From NCBI RefSeq assembly GCF_006345805.1, contig NC_043001.1, forward strand, positions 20,398,001-20,462,000: a stretch of DNA of 64,000 bases. Direction: 5' to 3'. Shown here piece by piece: positions 11,703 to 23,984 of this stretch; within the stretch, counting starts at the first letter, position 1; each line of letters opens with the position of its first letter. The stretch is from Octopus sinensis. Lineage: Eukaryota. A model generated the notes under the pieces. The model saw nothing but the letters and a program-made list of their open reading frames with translations. It had not been told where the DNA came from and searched no databases. The position numbers and the translations under genes were made by a program.

Positions 11703-12146
11703 TTACTTTTTTAAACTTTTTTTTACTTGTTCCAGTCATTTTTGACTGCGGCCATGCTGGAGCACCGCCTTTAAGTCGAGCAACTCGACCCCCAGGACTT
11801 ATTCTTTTGTAAGCCCAGTACTTATTCTATCGATCTCTTTTGCCGAACCGCTAAGTAACGGGGACATAAACACACCAGCATCGGTTGTCAAGCAATGCTA
11901 GGGGGACAAACACACACACACATACATATATATCTCTTTTACTTGTTTCAGTCATTTGACTGTGGCCATGCTGGAGCACCGCCTTTAATCGAGCAACTCG
12001 ACCCCGGGACTTATTCTCTTTTGTAAGCCCAGTACTTATTCTGTCGATCTCTTTTGCCGAACCGCTAAGTAACGGGGACATAAACACACTAGCATCGATT
12101 GGTTGTCAAGCAATGTTGGGGGACAAACACACACACGCATACATAA

Positions 12147-12177
<31 letters not shown>

Positions 12178-12660
12178 CATATATACGACAGGCTTCTTTA
12201 AGTTTCCGTCTACCAAATCCACTCACAAGGCTTTGGTCGGCCCGAGGCTATAGTAGAAGACACTTGCCCAAGGTGCCATTTTTGACTGTAGCCATGCTGG
12301 AGCACCGCCTTTAATCGAGCAACTCACCCCGTGACTTATTCTTTTTGTAAGCCCAGTACTTATTCTATCGATCTCTTTTGCCGAACCGCTAAGTAACGGG
12401 GACGTAAACACACCAGCATCGGTTGTCAAGCAATGCTAGGGGAACAAACACAGACACACAAACACACACACGCATACATATATATATACATATATACGAC
12501 AGGCTTCTTTCAGTTTCCGTCTACCAAATCCACTCACAAGGCTTTGGTCAGCCCGGGGCTATAGTAGAAGACACTTGCCCAAGGTGCCACGCAGGGGGAC
12601 TGAACCCAGAACCATGTGGTTGGTAAACAAGCTACTTACCACACACAGCCACTCCTGCGC
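11703..12660 (-). mobile_element. Three tandem SINE-A copies of one subfamily (two lack the head)
   Basis: All share tcgagcaactc, aagcccagtac and gctaagtaacgggg; junctions near 11935 and 12280. Confidence 0.85.
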
Positions 12661-13396
12661 TTTTGTAAATTCTTACAAACACAGGAAAAAAATAGATAAA
12701 CAATGCTAATTTTTTAAAGTCATACTTAGATGTTCAGTTCGTTACTACATGATTTCAAGTTCAATTTCACTGTCAGGCACCTTGGAACAAGGGTCTTCTG
12801 CTAAAACCTCAGATCAATGAAAGCTTTATGAGTGAAATTTATTGGCGGGAAATTGGGTGAAAACTCATTGGAAGAATGAATTTTTGTTTTGGGGTGGTAC
12901 ATGTCATTTGTTGCTTGGCCCCTGGGTGAAATTGGAATGGGACAATTAGGCACAGCTGTCTGGATGCTGGCAATTTGGCATGGCTGACTGGACATTTAAA
13001 ACCTGATGTACTAGCTATACTACGTCTCAATGCTACCCCTTGACTCGTTCACTGCTGCCTTTATTACATTTTGGTACATTTTGGCATGTGCACATGTGTA
13101 GAAACATACACATAGAAATAGAGAGAAAGAGAGAGAGAGATTGAGAGAAACAAAACATCTCATGTCAAATAAGTCAGCATCGACTTAGTGACACCAAATA
13201 GGCAGCACCAAAATGGCACCCCTGGAGTGCCTCAAGCAGAGTATGCTCTGATGCAAGCAGTTGGGCCAGGTTATGGTCAGAGGATGACTTCCTTTACCAA
13301 ACACAGAGTCTTTGAAAAGGTCTTGGACAGTGCCTTTCCTCCTCTAATGTCAGGCAAAAATTAATTCCCCCCCCCCCGCCAAAAAAAAAAAAGAGT

Positions 13397-13780
13397 AGGT
13401 GCAGGAGTGGCTGTGTGGTAAGTAGCTTGCTTACCAACCACATGGTTCCGGGTTCAGTCCCACTGCGTAGCACCTTGGGCAAGTGTCTTCTTCTATAGCA
13501 TCGGGCCAACCAAAGCTTTGTGAGTGGATTTGCTAGACAGAAACTGAAGCCCATCGCGTGCGTGCGTGTGTATTTGTTTGTGTTTGTCCCCTCTACATCG
13601 CTTGACAACTGATGCTGGTGTGTTTACATCCCCTTAACTTAGCGGTTCGGCAAAAGAGACCTATAGAATAAGTACTAGGCTTACAAAGAATAAGTCTTGA
13701 GGTTGATTTGCTTGACTAAAGGCGGTGCTCCAGCATGGCCGCAGTCAAATGACTGAAACAAGTAAAAGAGCAAAAAGAGT
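13397..13780 (+). mobile_element. SINE-A
   Basis: Full consensus match; a partial second head follows. Confidence 0.85.
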
Positions 13781-14544
13781 ATAGGCATAGAAGCATGTGC
13801 TGTGTGGTTAAGAACAAGACTACTTTACAACCACATGATTTCAGGTTCAGTCCCACTTGGTGGCACCTTGGGCAAGTATCTTCTATTATAGCCCCCAAGG
13901 CCAACAAACAACTTGTGAGTAAACTTGGTAAACAGAAACTGTGCAGAAGCCTATGGTGTGTGTGTGTGTGTGTTATGGTAAGTGATTGGTTATAATGTCA
14001 GCAAGGAGTGTCATTAGCATCATCATTTCTTTATCATGGATGTTAGCATTCTATGATAAACATAGAATGCCAACATCCATACACATAAGAGAATAAAATA
14101 TATTCAGTTAGAAACAAGGAAAATGTGATTATAGAAGGAATACACAAAGATGTTGCTGAAGTATAATATTACAAAACAGAATGATACAAATATTTATTCT
14201 TCACTCCTGTATGAATCACACCCATCCATAGTTAAATTCACTGTTGTTGTTGTTTTTGTTGTTTAGCCGAAGGTCAACTGTGATTCAGCAAACTTATAAT
14301 CAGTGACCATCCCATCTTTTTAGAAGTGTTTAAGAATACATTGTCTGATGTGTTCTCCTTCAGGTAGGGTGTGAGTCAAGAAAGATTTGGCTGCTATTTC
14401 TAACAAGACAAGTGGTTGAATAAGGGCTCCCTCAAAGGCTCATACTCACTATATGTAAGTATGTGTGTGTGTGTGTGTGAGTGTGTGAGTGGTTTTAGAT
14501 ATGTGTATGTATGAATCAGTGCTGATGTGTGTATTCTTTTCTTC

Positions 14545-15010
14545 TTTTATTTCTTTCAGTCATTTGAATGTGGCCATGCTGGAGCACCACCTTTAGTCGA
14601 ACAAATCAACCCAAGGACTTATTCTTTGTAAGCCTAGTACTTATTCTAGCAGCACTTTTGCCGAACTGCTAAGTTACGGGGACATAAACACACTAGCATC
14701 AGTTGCCAAGCGATTGTGGGGGAACAAACACAGCCACACACACACACACACATATATATACATACAATGGGCTTCTTTCAGTTTCCATCCTATAATCAAA
14801 GGCATACCAGCAACAACCATCTCATCTTTTTAAGAGTATTTAGGAATACATTGTCTGATGTGTTCTCCCTTAGGTAGGGTGTAATTCGAGAAAGATTTGA
14901 CTACCAAATCCACTCACAAGGCTTTGGTTGGCCCAAGGATATAGTTGAAGACACTTGCCAGAGGTGTCACACAGTGGGATTGAACCTGGAACCATATGAT
15001 TGGCAAGTAA
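14545..15010 (-). mobile_element. SINE-A interrupted by an unclassified repeat (~14790-14900)
   Basis: Consensus gtttccgtctaccaaatcc is split by a segment also found at ~14305-14400. Confidence 0.7.
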
Positions 15011-15701
15011 GTTAACTATGGTGCTGTAATGTTTTCAATAGTGTTTTCTCCTTAAGGTGGTGAGCTAGCAGAACTGTTAGCACAAAATGCTTGGAATTTT
15101 GCCATTTTCTATGTTCTGAGTTCAAATTCTTCTGAGGTTGACTTTGCCTTTTCATTATTTCAGGGGTGATAAAATAAATACCAATTGAACACTGGGGTCA
15201 AAGGAATTGACTTAACCCCTTTCCACAAATTTACTGGCTTTATGCTAAAATTTGAAAACAGTAGTGTTTACTCCATCTTTCGTTTTAAATAAATTAAGTT
15301 TATCTATTGAGGAGTTTACTCTTGCAGATTGCCATATCTCATTGTGAAGCAAACTATTTATGCCAATCCCACAGTTATAACCCAAAGGAGCATCTTCAGC
15401 TTTAGCTAACTCAATAAAGAATGAAAATATAAAGGGAAGGACAAAGAGCTGTGATGTATTTAAAAGCTACCGTGAAGTTGGCAAATAAATACTTTTAGTA
15501 AAATTCTACAGGGAAATTATTCTTCAAATGTTCCTGAAAAAAAAAAAATGAAGCTGGAAGGAGTGAATGCCAGAAACTTTTACACCTGTTACTCAGGAAA
15601 TCAGTACCATAGTTAACTTACTTGCCACAAAGATAAATAGTTGACACAACCCCTTCCTCGTATATTGCAGTTGGGTGGGGTAAACTATAACAGACCATGT
15701 A

Positions 15702-16267
15702 TTGGGTTGTCTGGAAAGTTCGTGCCGTTTTTTAAAGGAAAGAAAAAGGTCAATAAATACTTGCCATTACATTTTTAATCAACCAAATATGAACCATTTT
15801 GTTGCACAATACATCTCCATCTTTCCTTTAACTTGAAAATACCCTCTTCCCAGAATTGAGGTGGTTTCATGGCAAAGAATTCATCAAGGTATCTTTTTAC
15901 GTCATCCAAGGAATTGAAATTTTTACCATTAAGACTATTCTACAGAAACCTGAATAATTGGAAATCCAAAGAAGCAATATCTGGTGAATATGGAAGGTGG
16001 GGTAACACATCCCAGCCGAGCTGCAGCAATTTTTGTCTGGTTCCCAAAGCATCAAGTGCCAAAAATGAACTTTCTTATCTTCCATTTTAAAGGGTTACAG
16101 AATTAACACAGGTTATAGGAACATAAACCTTCTTCCATGAAAATATAGCTTAAATTGTGCTCTAAATGGAGATGTAGTCAAATCCTATTTTATGGACTCA
16201 ACCATGTTCTAAAATAAGTCGAAAGGTAAGCTACTACAAATCGGCACAAACTCTCCGGACAACCCAA
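15702..16267 (-). mobile_element. Internally deleted mariner transposon
   Basis: TA|TTGGGTTGTC(T/C)GGA(A/G)AGTT(C/T)GTGCCG inverted ends with TA duplication. The minus strand encodes N-terminal MEDKKVHFWHLMLW fused to C-terminal LGTRQKLLQLGWDVLPHLPYSPDIAS...FWEEGIFKLKERW...NGSYLVD* (mariner YSPDL block). Confidence 0.92.
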
Positions 16268-16324
16268 TATATGCTATAGCTAGAGAAGGGTAAGCTATAA
16301 CACACCATGTAGGAAAGATATTAA

Positions 16325-16544
16325 CCCTTTCAATATCAACACGGCTGAAACTGGCTCTGGTTCTGAGTACAAATGTCTTGTTTTCATAAGTTTTGAATTA
16401 AAATCTTACACCAAACCTTAGTCACAATTTATGTTCCTAACACTAGCTTAATGATAATTAGGTTATTTTACTAAATTCTTTGATATATTTAAAGTAATTG
16501 AAAGAAGCACAGAACACCTCAAAATAAATACAGTAACGAAAGGG
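16325..16544. mobile_element. TTAA-flanked MITE, second piggyBac-like family
   Basis: TTAA|CCCTTTC ... GAAAGGG|TTAA. Confidence 0.65.
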
Positions 16545-16844
16545 TTAAGGGGGGAAAAAAATGAAGAATAACTGAATCAAAGACAAAAGAAAAGCATCAA
16601 ACAAAGATTAATAAAATATAAAAAAAAACATAGTTGTCCTTTTCTTAAGTGAAACAGCTGGAACAATAAATAAAAGAGCCAGATATGCCATTTCCTTGTT
16701 GACCTAAATAAAGCTTTTCAAAGGATGATGCTACTGTTATGTCAGATGGCTTAGGAAGAAATAAAAGGTGGAAGGGACTTGTAAGAATATAGAATGACAA
16801 ATTAGATGTCTAAATATCAGAGAGGAGTTGTTTATATTTTGTAT

Positions 16845-17330
16845 TTTACTTGCTTTTGTCATTAGACTGCAGTGAAGCTGCAGCACTGTGCCTTGAAGAA
16901 TTTTTAGTCAAAAAAATCACAAATCAGCCCCAGTACCTGGTGGGGGGGGGTTAAGCTTGGTACTTAATCTATCAGTCTATTTTGTTGAGATGCTAAGTCA
17001 CAGAGACGCAAATATACCTATTTCTTTACTACCCACAAGGGGCTAAACACAGAGAGAACAAACAAAGACAGACAAACGGATTATGTCGATTATATCGACC
17101 CCAGTGTGTAACTGGTACTCAATTTATCGACCCCGAAAGGATGAAAGGCAAAGTCGACCTCGGCGGAATTTGAACTCAGAATGTAGCGGCAGACGAAATA
17201 CCACTAAGCATTTCGCCCAGCATGATAACGTTTCTGCCAGCTCACTGCCTTAAATATACCAACACCAATTGTCAAGTGGTGGTGGTGGTGGTGGGGACAA
17301 ACACAGACACCAGACACACACACACACATG
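16845..17330 (-). mobile_element. Degenerate SINE-A hosting a SINE-B insertion
   Basis: SINE-A sequence resumes after 17251. Confidence 0.7.
17019..17251 (-). mobile_element. SINE-B with 9-bp TSD
   Basis: aaatatacc at 17010-17018 and 17252-17260. Confidence 0.9.
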
Positions 17331-17340
17331 ATGTACATAT

Positions 17341-17765
17341 AGGTGTAGGAGTTGCTGTGTGGTAAGTAGCTTGCTTACGAACCACATGGTTCCAGGTTCA
17401 GTTCCACTGTATGGCACCTTGGGCAAGTGTCTTCTACTATAGCCTCGGGCCGACCATAGCCTTGTGAGTGGATTTGGTAGACGGAAACTGGAAGAAGCCC
17501 ATCATATATATGTATATATAAATATATATATATGTATGTGCATGTGTATATATTTGTGTATCTGTGTTTGTCCCCCCAACATCGCTTGACAACCGATGCT
17601 AGTGTGTTTACATCCCCGTAACTTAGCAGTTCAGCAAAAGAGACCGATAGAATAAGTGCTAGGCTTACAAAGAATAAGTCCTGGGGTCGATTTGCTCGAC
17701 TAAATGCAGTGCTCCAGCATGGCCGCAGTCAAATGACTGAAACAAGTAAAAGAGTAAAAGAGTAT
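17341..17765 (+). mobile_element. SINE-A
   Basis: Full consensus match. Confidence 0.9.
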
Positions 17766-17949
17766 AAACTGATAATTTGTACCAATACCTAATGTTTTAA
17801 TATTTTATAATTATAGTGATAAATATTATTACATCAATTCATCTCACCCTCCCACCTAAGTCTACTCCTAACACTAACTAACCACTATTATAACAATACT
17901 CAAAACACTGAAAGAAATATCTCAGCATATATTCTCCAAGATATATTTC

Positions 17950-19252
17950 TTATTTCTTTATTGCCAGCAAGGGGCTAAACATAGAGGGGACAAACAAGGA
18001 CAGACAAACGGATTAAGTTGATTATGTCAACCCCAGCACACAACTGGCACTTAATTTATCGACCACGAAAGGATGAAAGGCAAAGTCGACCTTGGCGGAA
18101 TTTGAACTCAGAACATGACGGCAGACGAAATACCTATTTCTTTATTACCCACAAGGGGCTAAACACAGAGGGGACAAACAAGGACAGACAAACGGATTAA
18201 GTTGATTATGTCGACCCCAGCACACAACTGGCACTTAATTTATCGACCACGAAAGGATGAAAGGCAAAGTCGACCTTGGCGGAATTTTGAACTCAGAACA
18301 TGACGGGGACAAACACAGAGGGGACAAACAAGGACAGACATAGTTACTAAGTCGATTACATCGACCCCAGTGTGTAACTGGTACTTAATTTATCGACCAC
18401 GAAAGGATGAAAGGCAAAGTCGACCTAGGTGGAATTTGAACTCAGAACATAACGGCAGACGAAATACCTATTTCTTTATCACCCACAAGGAGCTAAACAC
18501 AGAGGGGACAAACAAGGACAGACAAACGGATTAAGTAGATTATATTGACCTCAGTACGTAACTGGTACTTAATTTATCGACCTCGAAAGGATGAAAGGCA
18601 AAGTCGACCTAGGCGGAATTTTAACTCAGAACATGACGGCAGACGAAATACCTATTTCTTTATCACCCACAAGGGGCTAAACACAGAGGGGACAAACAAG
18701 GACAGACAAACGGATTAAGTAGATTATATTGACCTCAGTGCGTAACTGGTACTTAATTTATCGACATCGAAAGGATGAAAGGCAAAGTCGACCTTGGCGG
18801 AATTTGAACTCAGAATATGACGGCAGACGAAATATCTATTTCTTTATTACCCACAAGGGGTTAAACATAGAGGGGACAAACAAGGAAAGACATAGGTATT
18901 AAGTTGATTACATCGACCCCAGTGCGTAACTGGTACTTAATTTATCGACCCCGGAAGGATGAAAGGCAAAGTTGACCTCGGTGGAATTTGAACTCAGAAC
19001 ATGACGGCAGACGAAATACCCATTTCTTTATTACCCACAAGGGGCTAAACATAGAGGGGACAAACAAGAAAAGACATAAGCATTAAGTTGATTACATCGA
19101 CCCCAGTGCGTAACTGGTACTTAATTTATCGACCCCGGAAGGATGAAAGGCAAAGTTGACCTCGGCGGAATTTGAACTCAGAACGTGACGACAGACGAAA
19201 TACCACTAAGCATCTCGCCCAGCGTGCTAACATTTCTGCCAGCTTGCAGCCT
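17950..19252 (-). repeat. Tandem array of 7 SINE-B units (~180 bp); only the rightmost keeps the tRNA head
   Basis: Units start near 17950, 18132, 18307 (shortened), 18468, 18651, 18834 and 19020; recurring junction gacgaaata(c)|ctatttcttta. Confidence 0.92.
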
Positions 19253-19329
19253 TAACTAATATATATTAGTTAAGATGTATTTCTACAACACTGTGTGCCT
19301 GTGTCATGCACAATCTTCTGTTACAGGAA

Positions 19330-19615
19330 CCTTCCACTGTGAACACACAACATATCTTAACCACCCCAGCATCCAATCTTCATTCATATCACATGTCCAT
19401 ACTGGTGCAGATATCCCATCTGCATAATTAGCGTTGCACATGATGTTCTGTTATTTTCTCCATCACTGCAGACTCTCTGTTTCCAATGCCAAGGTCTCAT
19501 TACTATGTAGCAACACGCTCCTTACACATTCTTCTCGCAGCCTGGCAGTTTCATGATGAGAGAAGCTCTTTACTTCCAACAAAGATAACAGATTCCTGAA
19601 TTTCTACCCCTTTCT
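19330..19615 (-). pseudogene. RTE-clade LINE reverse-transcriptase C-terminal remnant
   Basis: Degenerate translation KFRNLLSLL...CVRSVLLHSNET resembles RTE KFRELLPLL...CVRSVMLYGSETW. Confidence 0.6.
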
Positions 19616-19744
19616 TAATCAAGCTATTACGTCAATGCTCTTTTACTCGTTTCAGTCATTTGACTGTGGCCATGCTGGAGCACTGCCTTTAAAACTATTT
19701 TCAGCACTAATTGTTGTTATTGTTGTTTTTCTCCTCCCAGGTCG

Positions 19745-20275
19745 GATTTGATGAGTGTGTATTGTCTCACCGAGGAAATGACTAGAGACCGAGACCTTTG
19801 GAAGTATGCTGAGCGTGAGAAGACCAGGCAGGACAAGTGAGACCATAACCCGTGGCCTCAGTACACTTATGCATACCTTTCCTTCTTGGAACACAAAATT
19901 CTACTTGTGAAGACCTGTTGAGGCAAGTGAAAATCAAAATCAAAATCGATCAACATCAATGGAAATTGTAGCTATGATACCAGTGTCAGTGGCACATAAG
20001 AGAACCATCCGAACATGGCCGTTGCCAGCGCTGCCCCGACTGGCCTCTGTGCCAGTGGCACATAAAAAGCACCATCCGATCATGGCCGTTTGCCAGCCTC
20101 GTCTGGCACCTATGCCGGTAAAAAGCATCCACTACACTCATGGAGTGGTTGGCGTTAGGAAGGGCATCCAGCCGTAGAAACATTGCCAGATCAGACTGGG
20201 CTTGGTGCAGCCTTCTGGCTTCCCAGACCCCAGTTGAACCGTCCAACCATGCCATGATGATGATTCCAGCCATAG
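19745..20275 (+). mobile_element. 5'-truncated RTE LINE: ORF end plus 3' UTR
   Basis: LTEEMTRDRDLWKYAEREKTRQDK* runs into the family-C 3' UTR, ending near atgatgatg. Confidence 0.75.
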
Positions 20276-20594
20276 TCATTACATCTATCTTTTTCCCCCC
20301 ACATAGCAAAACTAAGGCTACTTTATTTAATATATCCTTTCATATGTAATTTCAAGGAAATCTGACAGCTATTTCCAGAAGATCAAATGTCCACATAGTG
20401 GTCACAGCCAAAGAAGGCAATTTATCACCAATCAATCATAGACGGATGGCAAAATTAGTATGATATCAAACAAAATACCTTGTGGTGTTTGGTTAATCCT
20501 TTTTATGTTTCGTGCTCAAATCTCACCAAGGTGTACTATGCTTTTAACCCTTCCAAGGTCAATAAAGTAAAAAGCAATTGATAAATACATACTG

Positions 20595-20935
20595 GATCCG
20601 AGCGTGATCTGGCCTCTGTGCCGATGGCACGTAAAAGACACCATCCGAGCATGATCATTACCAGCATTGCTTTACTGGCACCTATGCCGGTGGCATGTGT
20701 AAAAGATTTGAGCGAGGTCGTTGCCAGTACGGCCTGACTGGCCCCATGCCGGTGGCACATAAAAGCACCCACTACACTCTTGGAGTGGTTGGCGTTAGGA
20801 AGGGCATCCAGCTGTAGAAACTCTGCCAGATCAAGATTGGAGCCTGGTGCAGCCATCTGGTTCGCCAGCCCTCAGTCATTCGTCCAACCCATGCTAGCAT
20901 GGAAAGCGGATGTTAAGTGATGATGATGAAGATGG
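20595..20935 (+). mobile_element. Family-C RTE 3'-UTR copy
   Basis: tgccggtggcacgtaaaa repeats, ggcgttaggaagggcatccagc, (gat)n tail. Confidence 0.8.
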
Positions 20936-20959
20936 ATGCAATTAACTATTCAGTTAAGA

Positions 20960-21110
20960 CAACATTGCCCAGTATAGCCATAAACGTATTTGAACTCTTG
21001 ATTTTCAGTCAGTTTAGCAGAAATACCATGGTATCTTTTGTGAGCCATTGCCGGCACCAGGTACAAAATACAGATCTCACATTCAGCTCCTTACATGGGA
21101 AGACAACAAT
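20960..21110 (-). pseudogene. RTE RT remnant (Cys-rich segment)
   Basis: SVFCTWCRQW / HKRYHGISAKLTENQEF resembles RTE SIxCxxCKxWxHKRCSGIxGRL. Confidence 0.45.
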
Positions 21111-22169
21111 CCAGATAACACAGAGATTTCACTAACAATAATAATATATATTAATCATGGAGTATAGACCATTCCTCCAGATTTGGCACATTTTCTACCA
21201 CTCTTTGACACATGCCATTATCACTAAATAATGTCTTGTCAAAATTTTAAGAAGGAAAACAGAAGCATCGTCTAGAAATAACTTAGCTAGAAATACTTTA
21301 GTCTAGAAATAGAATAGTTTTACTTCACATAGAAGAAAAAAATAATAATCCGTGTACTATTCTTAAACAAAGGACCAACGAATAAGTGTCTATGTGGTGG
21401 TTTGATCTCTATAAATAGCAGCAAAATCTCCCTCAAATCACAAAAAAAGACACATTCAATAATATGGTCTGGGTGCATTGTGTCAAAAGAAAAGACTGGA
21501 TATCTTTTAATCTCAGGTGTGCTGGATTAAAAATAACCAGCAGTTAAAAAAGAAAAAAACAAACAAATTCTCTAAAACACCTAAAGCTGTTAAATTCAAT
21601 TAATCATTCGGCTGTAGATATCATTACATCACGATACCTAAAGGTGAATATATCTATATTATGATATTTACAGGAGAAGAAGAAGAGAAACTAGGTGATG
21701 ACTAAGATTAATTAGGCGGTACATAATGAAAGATAATAAAATGACAGTAAAATGATAAATTACAGCCGCCATCCTTAGTTCAGCTCATGAAGGATACGGT
21801 TTCGTAATGACTTCTTATCTTTGCAAATAATTAAAAGGTGTACTAAGTCTATCCTTGTTTGTCATGGGTGTTTGGTTTTAAAGAAAAAAAGAAAGAAAAA
21901 AGAAATAGTATTAACTGAATCAGTGATAAATGAATAATAGAACAAATGGGGGGAAATAAGTTTTATTCTGAGATCTCAACTTGCTCTGAGCATTGTGGAT
22001 GATTGTTGGGGTATGATTTGCAGTCTGAACAGAATCTTTGATCACTGACCCCTGTTATCACAAATCAATTTGTGATAAGCATAACACGGTTCACAATTGA
22101 GAGGACAATGATCCCTGGATCAGCGATGAATGATTCAGTAACAAACAAGGATAGCTGTACTAATTTTTT

Positions 22170-22563
22170 CAATTCTAGGCACAAGGCCCAAAATTTTGGG
22201 GGATGGGGAGGGGCAGTCGATTAGATCAACCCCAGTACGCAACTGGTACTTAATTTATCGACCCCCTGAAAATATGAAAGGTAAAGTTAACCTTGGTAGA
22301 ATTTGATCTCAGAACATAAAGACTGACAAAATACCTATTTCTTTACTACCCACAAGGGGCTAAACACAGAGGACAAACAAGGACAGACAAATGGATTAAG
22401 TTGATTATATCAACCCGAGTGCGTAACTGGTACTAATTTAATCAACCCCGAAAGGATGAAAGGCAAAGTCGACCTCGGCAGAATTTGAACTCTGAATGTA
22501 ACAGCAGACGAAATACCGCTAAGCATTTGTCCCGGTGTGCTAACGTTTCTGCCAGCTCACCAC
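22170..22563 (-). mobile_element. SINE-B dimer
   Basis: Two units joined at aaatac|ctatttc (~22335). Confidence 0.8.
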
Positions 22564-23244
22564 TGCAGCAAGATATGCCAACAAAAATCTAGGCCCACCA
22601 GGTAAATAAACAAGTGAACATTTGGAACAGAGAAACCTTATAAAATAACTATTGCAACTAAAGGGTTTTGACACCAATAAAGTCATAGTACACTTTTCCT
22701 TGCAAGGATCGTGAATGCTTGTACCTCCAGAGCGGCTTATAATGCAGAGGCGGGTCAGTAAGGATAATGATGAGTGATAACAACATAGAATGTTCTGTTG
22801 TGTCTGGGGAGAGTCATTTTCTTTTTGTGCCTTATAATATAATACACTCACCGGTAAAATTTCCACTTTTTTCTTATTTTTATTTTCTTAAAATTTTCGT
22901 TGCATCTTGCAACCTTTTCAATAGTATTGACTCTGTCCGTTATTTACACTGCATTCCCTTTTGTTTGTTTGTGCGCATGTGTGTGTGGGTCAGTGTGTGT
23001 GTGTGCCTATACATGCATGCATGTACGTATGCATGTATGTATGTGTTTGCATGTGTATGTATGTATATATGTATGTATATGTGTGCATCTGTATGTACGT
23101 ATCCTGCATATTTATGTGCTTGCATGTCCGCTGTTTGCGTATTTTCTATGTATGTGTGTGTGAGCATGTGTTTGTATATGTATGCACCTCTGTCTCCTTG
23201 TGTGCGCATGTCTGCCTAGATTTTTGTTGGCATATCTTCCTGCA
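22561..23244. mobile_element. Non-autonomous TIR element with CACTGCAG ends (CMC/Chapaev-like, tentative)
   Basis: cactgcagcaagatatgccaacaaaaatctaggc (22561-22594) is inverted at 23211-23244 with one mismatch; no clear TSD. Confidence 0.55.
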
Positions 23245-23984
23245 GTGAAAATTACTCTCCCCACACACAACAGAATATGCTTCAACACACAAACTCATAT
23301 AAAGAATCTTGCAAACAAAATCCCAAAACGAAACAACACAGATTTTAGTATATTGTATAGATGAAAAATCAAATGATGTTATTCATATTTCAGTCAGCAA
23401 TTGATATGCTTAAAGTACCAAAACCAATTTCAACATTAAATTATGTAAACATGTTAACTAAGAAAGACAATTTAGGTATGAAAAATTATTCACTTACAAG
23501 GAGAAAAGTGCAAATGCCTTTATATAAGTACATTGATAGATGGATCATATTTTGTATTTGTTTACTGTATGAAAAATCATGAAAAATGTTGGAATTGTAA
23601 TGCCATTTACTTATAATTACTTATCTCTTTCAAAATTTAACAGTTCAGAAGAAAAGAAAGAAATATAAGAAATAAAGAAATTATAATAGACTACAACCAG
23701 AGGTGTACAGATTAAATTCATCAATGACAGTTTTGGCATTTACTCAAAGTATATAGTTAGTTAGTTACTGCCTTCAATCCAACAGTAGAAAGTGGTGGCA
23801 CTTTACTTCATATAAAACACCCTATCTTAACTGTTTAATCATCCTAACTAAGCAACAGGATGCTGGGCTTAAGTCAATTACATAGAGTATGATAAAAAAA
23901 GTACAAGAAGAGTCATGAGTTTATAACCAACATCGAAAACAAAATTTGTTTCAAACTAACAAAGAAAAGCAAGATATATTTATA

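Noticed and set aside
17950-19252. Regular array as a CRISPR-like or novel repeat-spacer locus
   Set aside because: Units are whole SINE bodies with no unique spacers, and the context is eukaryotic.
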